In this document: piece by piece, positions 22,901 to 35,264 of the stretch | How positions within the stretch are numbered: the stretch's first letter is position 1 | Layout: each line of letters starts with the position of its first letter | Assembly (NCBI GenBank): GCA_036785375.1 | Contig: JAWMAR010000834.1 | Coordinates: 434,001 to 498,000 of the forward strand | Direction of reading: 5' to 3' | DNA from: Leucoraja ocellata | Lineage: Eukaryota | DNA: 64,000 nucleotides | The notes under the pieces: generated by a model | Databases searched by the model: none | The model's input: the letters and a program-made list of their open reading frames with translations, nothing else | What the model was told of the DNA's origin: nothing | Position numbers and translations under genes: made by a program

Positions 22901-25310
22901 AACAGTAGGGGGCGGAAAAACAGGGCCGGTAGGATGCGAGGGCCGCAAAAGCGGGACGATCTCAACGATTGGTGCTGGTGGAACAAAGCTGGAAACAGAT
23001 GTGCTCAGCACAGGCGGAACGGCCGGCGGACAACCCCGACGTCGCGGTGGAGCAACGACCACCGGGTTGTCCACATCCATGTGGGCGGGCTTGAGACGGC
23101 CAACAGAGACAAACTCCTGCCAGCCACCCACGTCCAATGTGAGCGTGGCTACTCCAGCCCGCAGCACCCAAAAAGGCCATAGTGTGGTGTGTGGTGAGCG
23201 TCCCTGCGGATGAAAGCATAGGCACACTGTTGTAACACATGCACCGCAGATGACTCATGCCTGGAAGTGGGAACGGGAGCCAACGTGCACACCCGTTCAT
23301 GAAGGCTAGCCAGCAATGCCGGGGCCGAAATCTCCTGACCCCCGGCAGCAGGCAGGAAATTCTCAGGTACCTACAAGGCTGAGCCATGCACGAGCTCAGC
23401 CGAGGAAACAGCCAAATCCTCCTTAGGTGTGGTATGGGTACCCAGGAGGATCTTGGGCAGTTGGTCCACCCAGTCTGGACCCGTAAGCCGGGCCTTCAGC
23501 GCCGACTTAAGGTGTCAATGGAACCTTTCGGACAGCCCATTAGCCTGTGGGTGATAGACGGTCGTCTGGTGCAGCAGGGCACCGTAGAGCTGTGCCACGG
23601 ACGACCACAAAGAAGAGGTGAACTGGGCCCCTCGGTCCGTGGTGATGTCGGATGGCACCCCACACCTAGTGATCCAGTGGGCCGCCATAGCCCGGGCGCA
23701 AGCCTCGGTTGAGGTATCCGAGTGGAATCGCCTCCGGCCACCTCGTGAAATGGTCCACGATGGTGAGCAGGTGCGGGGTGCCTCGGGATGGTGAGCAGGT
23801 GTGGACCTCGTCGGTGCCAAGGGACCGACGAGGTCCACATGCACGTGCAGAAACCTGCCCTCAGGGACAGCAAAATCCTGCATCGGAGGCCGCAAGTGTC
23901 GCTGGACGTTGGAGGTCTGGCACGGGATGCATGCGCGGGCCAAGCACCACCTGCTTATGGAGTCCGTGCCAGACAAACCTGGCAGCCAACAAGGCGGTCG
24001 TTGCGCATATGGATGGGTGGGCCAAACCATGCACTGCGTGGAAAACCCGTCGTCTCCAACTGACGGGGATGGCCGGGCGGGCGCGCCCTCTGGAGACATC
24101 GCACAGGACCATGACACCTGCTGCGCCGCAAGGAACTTCGGCTAGCCAAAGGCCAGTGCTGGTGGTGCGGTAGTCCGCCACACTGGCATCAGCCTGCTGC
24201 ACTGCTGCCAGCTCACCATAGTCGACGCTGTGGTCTAGAGCTGAAACGGAGGGAATGGCGGGGCGGGACAAGGCGTCGGCCATGACATTAAGCTTCCCGG
24301 CTACGTGACGGATGTCTGATGTGAATTCAGAGACGTAGGCAAGGTGCCACAGCTGTTGGGCAGACCACGGATCCACGATCATACTGAGGGCATGTGGAGG
24401 AAATACCTGAAATGCCGGACGGCCAGGTAAAGCGCCAGGAGCTCTCGATCGAAAGTGCTGTACTTGCACTCTGGAGCACGCAGTTGCCGGCTGAAAAACG
24501 GCAACGGCTGCCAGCGTCTGTCAACAAACTACTCCAGAACTGCACCAACAGCAGCATCCGAGGCGTCGACAGTGAGCGCTGTGGGAGCGGACCCACGCGG
24601 GTGCACCAGCTTGGTGGCATCAGCCAACGCTGCCTTGGTACCTTCAAACGCTGCATCTGCCTCTGCGGACCACACGAGGTCCCGCAGTTTGCCCGCCAGG
24701 CACCGGAACAGGGAGTGCATCATGGCAGCAGCCGCCGGCATGAAACGGTGATAAAAAGTCCGACGAACTCCTGTAGCCCCTTGACGGTGAGCGGTCGGGG
24801 TAACTGCCGGATGGCCGCCACTTTCGCAGGGGGCGGGGTAGCACCCTGCGGGGTAACCCGGTGCACCAGGAATGAAATGGAACTCAGGCCAAACTGACAC
24901 TTCGCTGGGTTAATTACCAGGCCATGATCACGGAGGCGCTGAAACAAACGACAATGGTGGGTGACGTGCTCCACCTGGGAACCGCTGGCGACCAGAATGT
25001 CATCCAGATAAATGAAAACAAAAGGCAGGCCCCATCCGACCTGGCCCATGAGCTGCTGGAACGCCTGCGCACCGTTCTTCAGGCCGAAAGGCATTTGAAG
25101 CCATTCAAACAGGCCGAACAGGGTGATGGTGGCGGTTTTAGGAACGTCATCGGGGTGGACGGGGATTTGGTTACAATCTCGGTCTAGGTACACCTTAGAG
25201 GAAAACGCTGCGCCCTTGAGGTGCGTGGAGAAATCATGGATATGAGGCACCGGATATCGGTCCGCCGTGGTTACTGCATTAAGGCGCCTGTAATCACTGC
25301 ACGGTCTTGC
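22900..25310 (-). pseudogene. pol: Gypsy pol (RT, RNase H, integrase), inverted relative to gag
   Basis: RPC.DYRRLN, MPFGLKN, YLDD, TVDASD.AVGAVL, H.AGK.N..ADALSR, HGLAHP, VHVDLVGP, TDRGAQF and YHPQANG..ERFH. Confidence 0.93.
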
Positions 25311-25411
25311 ATCACACAATTCAAAGTTAACTCCACTCTCCTAGCTCATTCATGATTCTCAGATTGTGTTGCTTCTCGAATCATCTTCTCATCACCAGCC
25401 ACAAGATGAAC

Positions 25412-25610
25412 AATGTGTAGGAAGAAACTGCAGATGCAAAAGATGAACACAAAAAGCTGGAGTAACTCAGCGGGTCATACAGCATCTCTGGAGAAAAGAA
25501 ATAGGCGACATTTTAGGCCGAGACCCTTCTCGACCCGAAACTTCAATTATTATTTTTCTCCAGGGATGCTGTCTGACCCGCTGAGTTACTCCTGCTCTTT
25601 GCGTCTATCA
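25412..25610. mobile_element. Penelope-like palindromic element, centre deleted
   Basis: Inverted arms GGAGTAACTCAGCGGGTCA..GCATCTCTGGAG and CTCCAGGGATGCTG.CTGACCCGCTGAGTTACTCC. Retains CTCGACCCGAAAC. Confidence 0.7.
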
Positions 25611-26829
25611 CAAGATGATCAAACTCACTTTTAAAACGTATTCCACCAACTCTCCAACTATTCAGATTTTATGACGGTATAAAAAAATGTTTTAATATCA
25701 TGTTACAAAGGTCTGCTAATTCCTTCTCCAATTTAAATTTTCATTAAATAACATGGAAAACCCATTCCTCTGGAATGATAATACTGAATCAACACCATCT
25801 GAGGTCATTTCTCCTGCCTAACCCATATCCACCTACATTCACAGTCAATCGCTCATGTTGACAGGTGGCATGGACGGAAATTAGTGTTGCTGGGCTTTAA
25901 ATACCATCCGAAAAGGAACAAAAGAAAGGGAATTTAAAAGGAGTTCTGAATATTTAATAGTACAAGGTGGTGTTTTTACCTTCGACAGAAACAGCACAGC
26001 GATGCGAATGTCATAAATGTAAATGCCCCAGGAACTAATGTACTATTTAATTCATATTTATCACTCTCGCTACAGCTTTTTGTAATATCTGTCAAGAAAA
26101 CATCAAAGACTTTTTTAAGCTAAACCATTACATTATTAAAATCATTGCAAAGTAAATGTTCTTTTGAATTACATTTACATGAGCAGAGGAATCTTTTTTC
26201 ATTATAGTTGCATTTCAGATCACCAAGATAGCAATTTCTCTACAATGCTTGTCTATCTTCCTGCCATAAAAAAGGAGCGTTTTGCAAATGTCCTTTTAAT
26301 GGAATTTTCTGGACAAGTTTCTGGCCTGTGTCCTCAAATTCTCTGGTCACTTCTAAAAGATACAGTATATCAGCACTTTGGTGCCCTTGCTGAACAATGT
26401 CCTTGTGTTTTACAATTTGTCTCATCTTTGATTAAAGTGGACATTGTTTCACCATTTTGCATCACTCAGTGTTGTCAGCCACTGCTGAGAGAGACAGGCC
26501 AATGTATTTGTGGGAGTGCTGAGTTCATTGATTGGGTACCCATTATAATTCAGTTCTTAGGAAGGACGAGCATGATTAGTATTTTGCAGCTGAAAGGGAG
26601 ATAACAAAAGTGTAATGAAGTGTAAAAATTGAAGTACAGATTATTTACATCTTGTGACACAATAAACTTTGGAAGAAAATTTGGGGTTCTTTCTTTCCAT
26701 GTTAAACCTTAGATATTGATGAAGTAAGTTACCGTGAAGTAATGAAAGGTACAACACTACAGACATTGATGCCACAGATTGAGGTAATTCAGGTAATGGC
26801 AAGATAGAATAATCCCTCTTTCCAGTACT

Positions 26830-27055
26830 GAATACTGCCCAGAACATCATGGGCTCATCACTTCACTCCATCCAGTCCATCTTCTCCAGCAGGAAGGTAG
26901 GAGATATTGTCAAGTATGCCTGCCACCCTTTTCCCTTTACTTTTCCTCTTCTCTTTTCTCCCAATTACCTTCTGGATGATACACGATCATTAAAGCACAG
27001 GCATCCTGACATAGGAACAATTTCTCCGCCACATCTATCAGGTTGCTGAACCAAT
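26830..27055 (+). mobile_element. Old Rex1 3' fragment
   Basis: Resembles the Rex1 C-terminus at 32360-32572 (AQ.I.G..L.SI, HP...F..LPSG..YRS). Confidence 0.6.
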
Positions 27056-27064
27056 CACCTCTTG

Positions 27065-27390
27065 GTTGGCAGCACGTTGCTCAGCGGTAGAGTTGCTGCC
27101 AGTGCTTGCAGCGCCGGAGATCTGAGTTCAATCCCGACCATGGGTGCTGTCTGTACGTTCAGCGTGGATTTTCTCCGAAATCTTCGGTTTCCTCCCACAC
27201 TTCAAAGACGTACAGGTTTGTAGGTTAATTTGGCTTGGGTTTGTATACTTGGTATAAGTGTAAATTATCACTAATGTGTGCAGGATAATATTAATGTGCA
27301 GGGATCACTGGTCGTTTCGGACTCAGTGGGCCGAAGGGCTTGTTTCTGCAATGTATCTCTAAATCAAACTGAACTATCTGAGCTAAACTA
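27065..27390 (+). mobile_element. HE1-like V-SINE
   Basis: Head GGCAGCACGTTGCTCAGCGGTAGAG..GTTCAATCC, V-domain and CR1-like tail. Confidence 0.85.
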
Positions 27391-27559
27391 TTTTATGTAC
27401 CTTTCCTGAAGGTGCTCTTATTCTTAATTCTGTCTCACTCTGTTCTTCCATTATTGCCCTTCAGTACTTTTTGTGCTGTTTCAGTTTGTACTACAACCTT
27501 TGAACCATATTGCTTTTATTGCATTTGATAGATTGATTGTATGATTGATTGATTGATTG

Positions 27560-27875
27560 ATTGAAAAAAAACAGCATGGAGAATGCCTTTCAGTCCACTG
27601 ATACCACCACGACCATCGATCATCTGTTCACACCAGTTCTTTTATCATCCTTCTTTCACATCCACTCCCTACACACTAGAGGCAATTTACAGAGGCCGAT
27701 TAACCTACAAATCCACATGCCTTTGGGATGTCAGAGGAAACCAGAGCATCCGAAGGAAATCCATGCAGTCACAGAGAGAACGTGCTAACTCCACACAAAC
27801 AGCACGAGATCAGGATCAAACCCAAGTCTCTTGCACTGTGGGATAGCATCTCTACCAACAATGGCACTGTGCTGC
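27560..27875 (-). mobile_element. HE1-like V-SINE
   Basis: Diverged reverse-complement copy, next to an (ATTG)n microsatellite at 27530-27563. Confidence 0.75.
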
Positions 27876-28489
27876 CATATTATCATTGTATTCATTGTGT
27901 ACTTATTGAATTTATTGTTTATTCTATGAGCTTTATGCAAACTAGGAATTTCATTACACCTTGGTGAATAAGAAGATAAACTAATCTAAATTAATCTGAT
28001 TTTGAATCTGATCCAAACCTCTGCAGGTTAGGTCTTTTCAAGAGCTCAACCAGTATTAAGTATTACTTAAATAGAGACACAAAAAACTGCAGATTTTGGA
28101 ACATGGAGCCAACTACAAGCTGCTGGAGGAACACAGCAAGTCAGCAGCATCTGTGGAGTGAAATATTTGTTGATGTTTAATGTCAAAGCCCCATTGCATT
28201 AGGACTGAAATGTGGTAAGGCCTCTGCCTCTTCCACCCTCAAACAGTAAGATACAGACTTCCAGCAATCATCAACTGGATATTTTTCATCAATCTCTCTC
28301 TAATCTTCCCTCCCCCCCCTCCTTTTATCTCTCAGATGCCCATCAATTACCCTTTGATTCTCACACCACCCATCTATGTTAGGGGCAATTAACAGTAATG
28401 AATTAACTCACCAATCACACCCATAATACATGGGAGAAAACCAGAGCAGAAAACAGTGGCAGTAAACCTATACAGTCACAGGGAGAGCT

Positions 28490-28700
28490 TGGAAGCTGTG
28501 GAATTCATTGCCACAGTTGGCTGTGGAGGCCAAGTAATTGGGTAGATTTAAAGCGGATATTTGATTAGTAAGGCTGTCAAAGGTTATTGGGAGAAGGCAG
28601 GTGAATGGGGTTGAGAGGGAAAGATAGATCAGCCATGATTAAATGGCAGTGTAAACTCGTTGGGCCGAATGGCCTAATTCTGCTCCAATTACTGATGAAG
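28490..28700 (+). mobile_element. CR1 3' tail fragment inside a decayed minus-strand SINE
   Basis: TGGAATTCATTGCCACAG..GATCAGCCATGAT..GGGCCGAATGGCCTAATTCTGCTCC. Confidence 0.75.
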
Positions 28701-30057
28701 AACTCTATACAGAGAGCAGCAAAGAGCAGGGTCATATCTGGGTCCCTGGAGATCTGAGGTAGCAGTACTGCCTTTCCTCATAATTATAAATCTTCAGAAG
28801 TGGCAACCTTGTGAATCATTTGTGCAACCCTATCTTGCCAGCAATATGGTGACCAGAACTGTACACTATACACCAAATAATATTTTATATATGTCTAACA
28901 TGACCTCCCTTGTATTTTGTGCATAGAACAATAAAGGGGACTGTCCTATTTAGCTTTTTAACATATATCTCAGTAATCATAAGACATCTCCAGACCTAAT
29001 GAGTCACTTTTATTAACAATGGAGATACTTAGAGCAAGTGTGTGGGCTGGTAAAATATTCTAACACATGGAGCAGATTAAACAAAGGTGAACTGTTACAT
29101 TTTAACTTACGGAAATAAAACTCCCACTAAGTGAGTTGACTCAGATAAGGGGGCTGCTTACTTATTATATCCGGTAACTTTTATTCCTTGTCTATTGTGA
29201 ATTTTGTTCCCAATCAAGTCGTTGCATAAAAATAATCTAGACATAAATGAAAATAATTATTTGGCATCCTGAAACTTGCTAGATTTCTAAAAAAAAATCT
29301 TCACCTGCCAAATTTATTTCAACGTATCAGCCCATCTCCTAATACTGTCTCCTTGTGGATTTAACTGCAATTCTCCTTAAAACTGACCATTATTAAAAGA
29401 AAGCTGAACACATTGGAAATTACTCGGCCTCAGCAGGAGTAGAAACAAAGTTCATGTTTAATTATCCTGGGACATTAGTTCTGACTCGCTCTCCTGTGAC
29501 TTTGCCTGACCTGCACAGTATTTCATGCATTCTCTGCTTCCATTTTAGATTTCCATTATCTACGGTTATTTTTATTTCCACTGTTTTTTGGGTAATGAAG
29601 TTGCTTTTGAATCCTTGTTTTGAATTTAATGCTGTCTTGTACACATTCTCTAATACTGAATTCTTCTAATTCATATACTTACATCTTTCGCTAACAAACT
29701 TTAACGTTAAAGCATTCTATCAGTCTACATGAACACAAGAATATCAGAGCAGGAGTTAACTACCCCTTAAGCTGCAACTTCCCTTCTGGACTCGGTGGGA
29801 CGAAGGGCCTGTTTCTGTGCTGTATCACTAAACTAAACTGAACTAATCACAATTGCTCTCAATTTCCAGTTCTTTCAAAAATGTAACTACCTCCACTTTC
29901 AATACTTCTAATGGTCATCTCTCCACCTTCCTATTCGAGAGACGAAGGATATTTAAAAGACATTTGAACAAATACGTTGACAGGAATTGTTAGGGGGTTA
30001 TGGGCCAAATGTAGACAAATGAGATTAGTTTAGATGTTTTAGAGATAGTCTTAGAGT

Positions 30058-30252
30058 TATGCCCCTGTCCCACTTAGGAAACCTGAACGGAAACCTCTGG
30101 AGACTTTGCGCCCCACCCAAGGTTTCCGTGCGGTTCCCGGAGGTTGCAAGTGGTTGCCAGAGGTTGCAGGTAGTGGAAGCAGGTAAGGAGACTGACAAAA
30201 ACCTCCGGGAACCGCACGGAAACCTTGAGTGGGGTGCAAAGTTTCCAGAGTT
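30058..30252. mobile_element. MITE with long inverted arms, right end truncated; possibly PIF/Harbinger
   Basis: 51-bp inverted repeat at 30095-30145 and 30200-30250 with 3 mismatches. The left end reads TTA|TGCCCCTGTCCCACTT. Confidence 0.7.
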
Positions 30253-31104
30253 ACTACAGCATTTTGTGGCTACTTTTGATTTAAACCAGCATGTGCAGCT
30301 CTTTCCTTCTCTTTGTTTTCTTGTATATTGAGACCAAAACTCTCCCCGGTCTACTTAACAACTCAGACCTCACTGGTCTGGATGTCTGCCTAAAATCTAC
30401 ATCTGATCCCTCCCATGGGCTGTACTTTATCCAATCCGGATTTGATATGTCTGCCCTTGGTATCTGGACTCAAATGGTTAGTCTGACCTGGCGAAGACAT
30501 CTAGCTATCGACTGAGAAGTGTACAATGCCAAAACCTTTTAACAGCCATCATCCCCTGCTTTTCCAGTTGCAAAAACTGTAGGTTATCTTTCACAGTTCT
30601 TAACTGTGAATGTGCGGGGATTGTTGGTAATGAATGGGGATCGCTGGTCGTTGCGGACTCGTTGGGGCAAAGGGCCTGTTTCCGTGCTGTATCTCTAAAT
30701 TTAAAATAAAAACGAAATTGTCTCCAATATCCAAATATATACAGTGACTTTTTTTTTGTTGAAAAATGATAAACGATAACTGGGAAACAACCAACCTTCG
30801 ATAATCAACAACCTCAGGATATTGGTGCAGGACATGGCGATATTCCAGACAATCAGATGTTAACACCATTCATAGTCCCAACACTTTTACTAAGTGCTTT
30901 ACTTTAGCAAATGGACAATATTATAACAAGTTTTCCAATTAACACAGTAACTTTAAAGAGAGAGTGGGGAATGGAAAGGGTGTGAAGCAAACGTTACCTG
31001 GTGTGCCAGATGACAAACCATTGGGTTTTCTAAATGGTTTCCTAAAGTTAATCTGTCATTTCGAAAAATACTAATATACCTCTTTGCTTGTCCCTAATGC
31101 ATTA

Positions 31105-31386
31105 GGGGTGGCATGGTGGCGCAGTGGCAGAGTTGCTGCCAGAAAGATCCTGACTACGGGTACTGTCTGTACAGACTTTGTACAATTTTCCCTATGACCG
31201 TGGGGGTTTTCTTCAGTTGCTCCAGTTTCCTCCCATATTCCAAAGATGTGCAGGTTTGTTGGTTGATTGGCTTCTGCAAATTGTCCCTAGTTTGGAGGAT
31301 AGAATTATTGTATGGGTGATTATTGGTCGGTGTGGATTTGTTGGCCAAAGGGTTTGTTTCCATGCTGTATCGCTAAACTAAACTAA
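31105..31386 (+). mobile_element. HE1-like V-SINE
   Basis: A-box TGGCGCAGTGG, V-domain and (CTAAA)n tail. Confidence 0.85.
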
Positions 31387-31494
31387 TATTCTAATCCCTA
31401 TTCTGTCGGTACAGAGTTGAACGAGTATGAGGTATTCCCAGTTGCCTAGTTGGCTTCTCTGCAATATTTACCAGCTAGACTAGAACTATTCTTG

Positions 31495-31775
31495 CAGTAA
31501 TTGCTTTTGCCTTACAGTGCCAGGCACCCAGGCCTGACTATGGATGCTGCCTGTATGGAGTTTGCATGTTCTCCCTGTGACCTTGAGGGTTTCCTACGGG
31601 TGCACCAGTTTCCTCACACATTCCAAAGACATGCAGATTTGAAGGTTAATTGGCTTCTTAAATTGTCCCTAGTGTGTAGGATAGAGCTAGTGAGTGGGTG
31701 ATTGCAGGCCTGTGCAGACTCAGTGGGCCGATAGTCCTGTATCCACACGATATCTCTAAACTAAACTGAACTAAA
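31495..31775 (+). mobile_element. HE1-like V-SINE
   Basis: V-domain GGAGTTTGCATGTTCTCCCTGTGACC and tail GGGCCGATAGTCCTGT..(CTAAA)n. Confidence 0.85.
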
Positions 31776-32354
31776 GTCCCATTGAAATCAATTCTGCCTC
31801 TGATTCTATGTTTGAATTATAACTCCGAGTATCCGAGGAGCAATTCCTCAGGCCAATGCAGGGAAATCTCAGCACAGTCAGGAATTTTAGGTCATTTTTA
31901 GTCTAGCAGTTGTTCCATATTATCAGATTTTATTAATATACCAATGTACTTTTGATTCACATCTTTTGATGTTACACAAAGGTATAATAAACTTTCGAAG
32001 AAACTCAGTGAGTTTAAAAGCAGCCCAGAAAACATGGTGGTGGTGGTTGTATTATGAGCATAGGGAGAAGAACCTGGTGTATTTAAAAGTCAGAACCAGG
32101 TGAGACATATTGTGAAATATTGTTGTTGCATTCTGGATGATTGTTGTTTTACTGTATATGGATTTATATTGACACAGAGGTGTAGCTTTCAGTGCTTCTG
32201 TCTCACAGATCCAACAACCCAGGTTCAATCCTGATGTTAGAAACTGTGTGGAGTTAACACATTCTCTCTACAACCGCATATATTTCCTCCAGATGCTTCA
32301 GGTACCTCACACATCCAAAAGGCCTGCAGGTTAGTTGGTTATTTGGCTGCCTTA

Positions 32355-32820
32355 AGAAATTGCAGCGAATTGTGGACGCAGCCCAGACCATCACCCAAAC
32401 CAACCTCCCTTCCATTGACTCCATTTATACCTCACGCTGCCTCAGCAAGGCCGGCAACATAATCAAGGATGAATCGTACCCTGGCCACTCACTCTTCTCC
32501 CCTCACCCATCGAGCAAAATGTATGGAAGTGTGAAAACGCACACCTCCAGATTCAGGAACAGTTTCCTCTGAACTGATATCAGGAAACTGAATCATCCTA
32601 CCACAACTAGAGACCTATCCTGAACTACAATCTACCTCATTAGTGCTATCTTTGATCAAGTTTTACTGGCTTTACCTTGCACTAAACATTATTCCCTTAT
32701 CATGTATCTACACACTGTAAATGGCTCGTTGTAATCATGTATTGTCTTTCTGCTGACTAGATAGCATGCAACAAAAGCTTTTCACTGTACCTCAGTACAC
32801 ATGATGATAAAATAAACTGA
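32355..32820 (+). mobile_element. Rex1/Babar LINE 3' fragment
   Basis: LQRIVDAAQTI..LPSIDSIY..RC..KA..IIKD..PGH.LF..TSRFRNSF, followed by a TTTCACTGTACC..ATGATGATAAA tail. Confidence 0.85.
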
Positions 32821-34619
32821 GTGATAAAATCTGGGGTGAGAATAAAATGGGATTAAATAAAATGGGACTACTGTAAAATTAATATAAATGGGTGGTTGAT
32901 AGTCGATGTTTACTTGATGGAGTGAGAGGCTTGGTTCCCTGTTCTGTGACTCTACATGAAGGCTCAAAACTGCAATCAATGGAAATTTTCATGAAGGAAC
33001 TGATTGCACATTTCGCCAAGTACAGAGCCATAGGTAATTGCATTAGTGAGGGATTTATTTTGTACTCTGTCATTACCTGTCAAGCACTTAAACTACATTT
33101 TGGACGTCAAAGCTTTCATGTCTATTAGCATATTCTATTAAGCAAACGTCTCCTCTATAGAAGGAAGTGATATTTCAACATGCTGGTGGTCTACGCTGTT
33201 GGAATATGTATGCAGTTTATCACTCATTACTTGTCCATGCCTCTGGGGATGGTGAACCAGAGTCAGAAGCCCTTGTTTCCAAGGTATCATTATTTGGTTT
33301 GACAGGGATTCTCAAATGCCTGTTGCAAAATGAAAGGCAGCATGCTTTCTCCTTGAATTTTGGCATTGTCCAGCATGACAGCGCAGGCTGGATGGGCTAA
33401 AGAGCCTCCTGTGCTACAATGATTCTGTCAGTCTAAATACAATCTATTTTAGCTGTCAGGTAGAACTGCATGCTATCTCATTTAATGATTGTCAGTAATG
33501 CAGCCTGCAGTTACAGCATCGGAATGTCCATTTGAAGATCAAAGTTATTGCTACACAGCAATTCTTTTGTAATTATGTCATAAAATCACAATAGTCCAGG
33601 CACACCTTGTAGAATTTGATGATGTATTGCCTTTCAGTCACATAATTCTCCAATAAGATCATGTCTCTTTTCAAAAGCAAATTGATTCTGTCAAGGTAGC
33701 GATACTCAGCTCCTCAAAAATGTCTCTCTGGAGGAAAGAATGCTTTACCGAGGAATCATAGTAATAGGAGCCAAGAATTACTGACATTTAAGTGGTCAGC
33801 TAGAAATGGCAAATATATGTTTATTATTGTCAGCTCATCTTTGCACTCCAATAAACCGATATTATGGCTGCAAATAGCATAGCTTTTTAATGAGAAAGCT
33901 TTCTGTATTTCTGACAATATATTCTAGTGCGAACATTTATGGTTATGTATTTGATACAGCAGAACATTGTATAGCATCTCCAGTAACGTGCTGTTTACAA
34001 GCCCTCTGTAAATAATAAATCACCCCAAATGCAGTGTGTTTATTTGAAGCATTGCAATGATTTACAGCGCAATGATGTACTTTGATTCAAAATTCACTCT
34101 CTGTTGCCACCAACACAGCGAAAAACTTGAGGCAGATAATTATGGTTAATTATTGACTAGATTTTAGCACAATTGTTCACAGGGAGAGCATCCAGGTAAT
34201 CCTAGCATTAATATCCCCTCCACAGCCTCCAATTTAATAGTTCCCCAACACTAATCTGCCTGTTTCTATCCCATACCCAAAACTTACAAACAGGACTATC
34301 CTGTTAGATCACCATTGTATCTCCATGTTCTTGATCAACTAATTTCATCTCCTCATAACGTGACTTTATGTTGTCCACTCATTCAGTCTCTTCCCACCTG
34401 CACTAGGAATATCTGTGCCAATCAACCCCTCATTACCAGGATCCATCTATCACATTCCAGCTCATGCCACTCTTCATTCCCTCATCTCTTTCCATCACTG
34501 CCCCTCCTCCAACCCACCAGTCTGAAAGAAGGTCCACACAACAAACACCTATCCATTTCCCTCCACAGTTCCTTCCTGACCCATTGAGTTCTTCCAGCAA
34601 TAAAATGAATTCACAAGAA

Positions 34620-34875
34620 ACCATCCTACTGCGGGTGCCGTCAGAACAGAGTTTGTATGTTCTCCCTGTGACCCGAGTGGGGTTTCCCCAGGTGCTCCGG
34701 TTTCCCCCCACACTCCAAAGGTGTACAGGTTTGTAGATTAATTGGTTTGGTAAATTGTAAATTGTAAATTGTCCCCAGTGTGTATAGGTTAGTGTTAGTG
34801 TGCAGGGACCATTGGTCGGCGCAGACTCAATGGGCTGTTTCTGCACCGTATCTATTAACAGAAGTAAACTAAACA
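34620..34875 (+). mobile_element. HE1-like V-SINE, 5'-truncated
   Basis: V-domain and tail as in the other copies. Confidence 0.8.
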
Positions 34876-35264
34876 GTTTGTTTTAACTCAAGGTTATCTG
34901 CCTCTGTATCTCTGGTGTCTCCATCCCTAGCACTTATTCTGCATGCTAATTTAACCCGAACTGAGACAAAGTAACCATATTTGTTAGCCTGGAAATACTT
35001 ATTAACAAGACCAGACCAAGGAATCCTTCCTTGATTTCAATATCTGAACAATATTAATGTAACAAAATCAGCTATTTTTTTGTGATTTCAAATCTTAATT
35101 ACTTGAAATAAAATTCCCCAACTACTGTGAAAAGATTCAAACTCATATCCATGGATGAATGTCCATGGATCCATACTCTAGCTGCCAGCCAAATAAATTA
35201 ACAATCATGTTATCATACCACTGATACAATATCCAGACATTTATTACTTCAAAAATGATAATCA

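Noticed and set aside
22900-25310. Twin-priming origin for the Gypsy inversion; also the + strand ORFs here
   Set aside because: Twin priming leaves the two segments diverging from the junction with a 3' tail at the outer end. Here they converge and no tail is seen. The + ORFs are antisense shadows of pol.
26164-26604. 146-aa + strand ORF in unique sequence
   Set aside because: Starts at TTG, has no recognisable domain and no convincing + strand splice framing.
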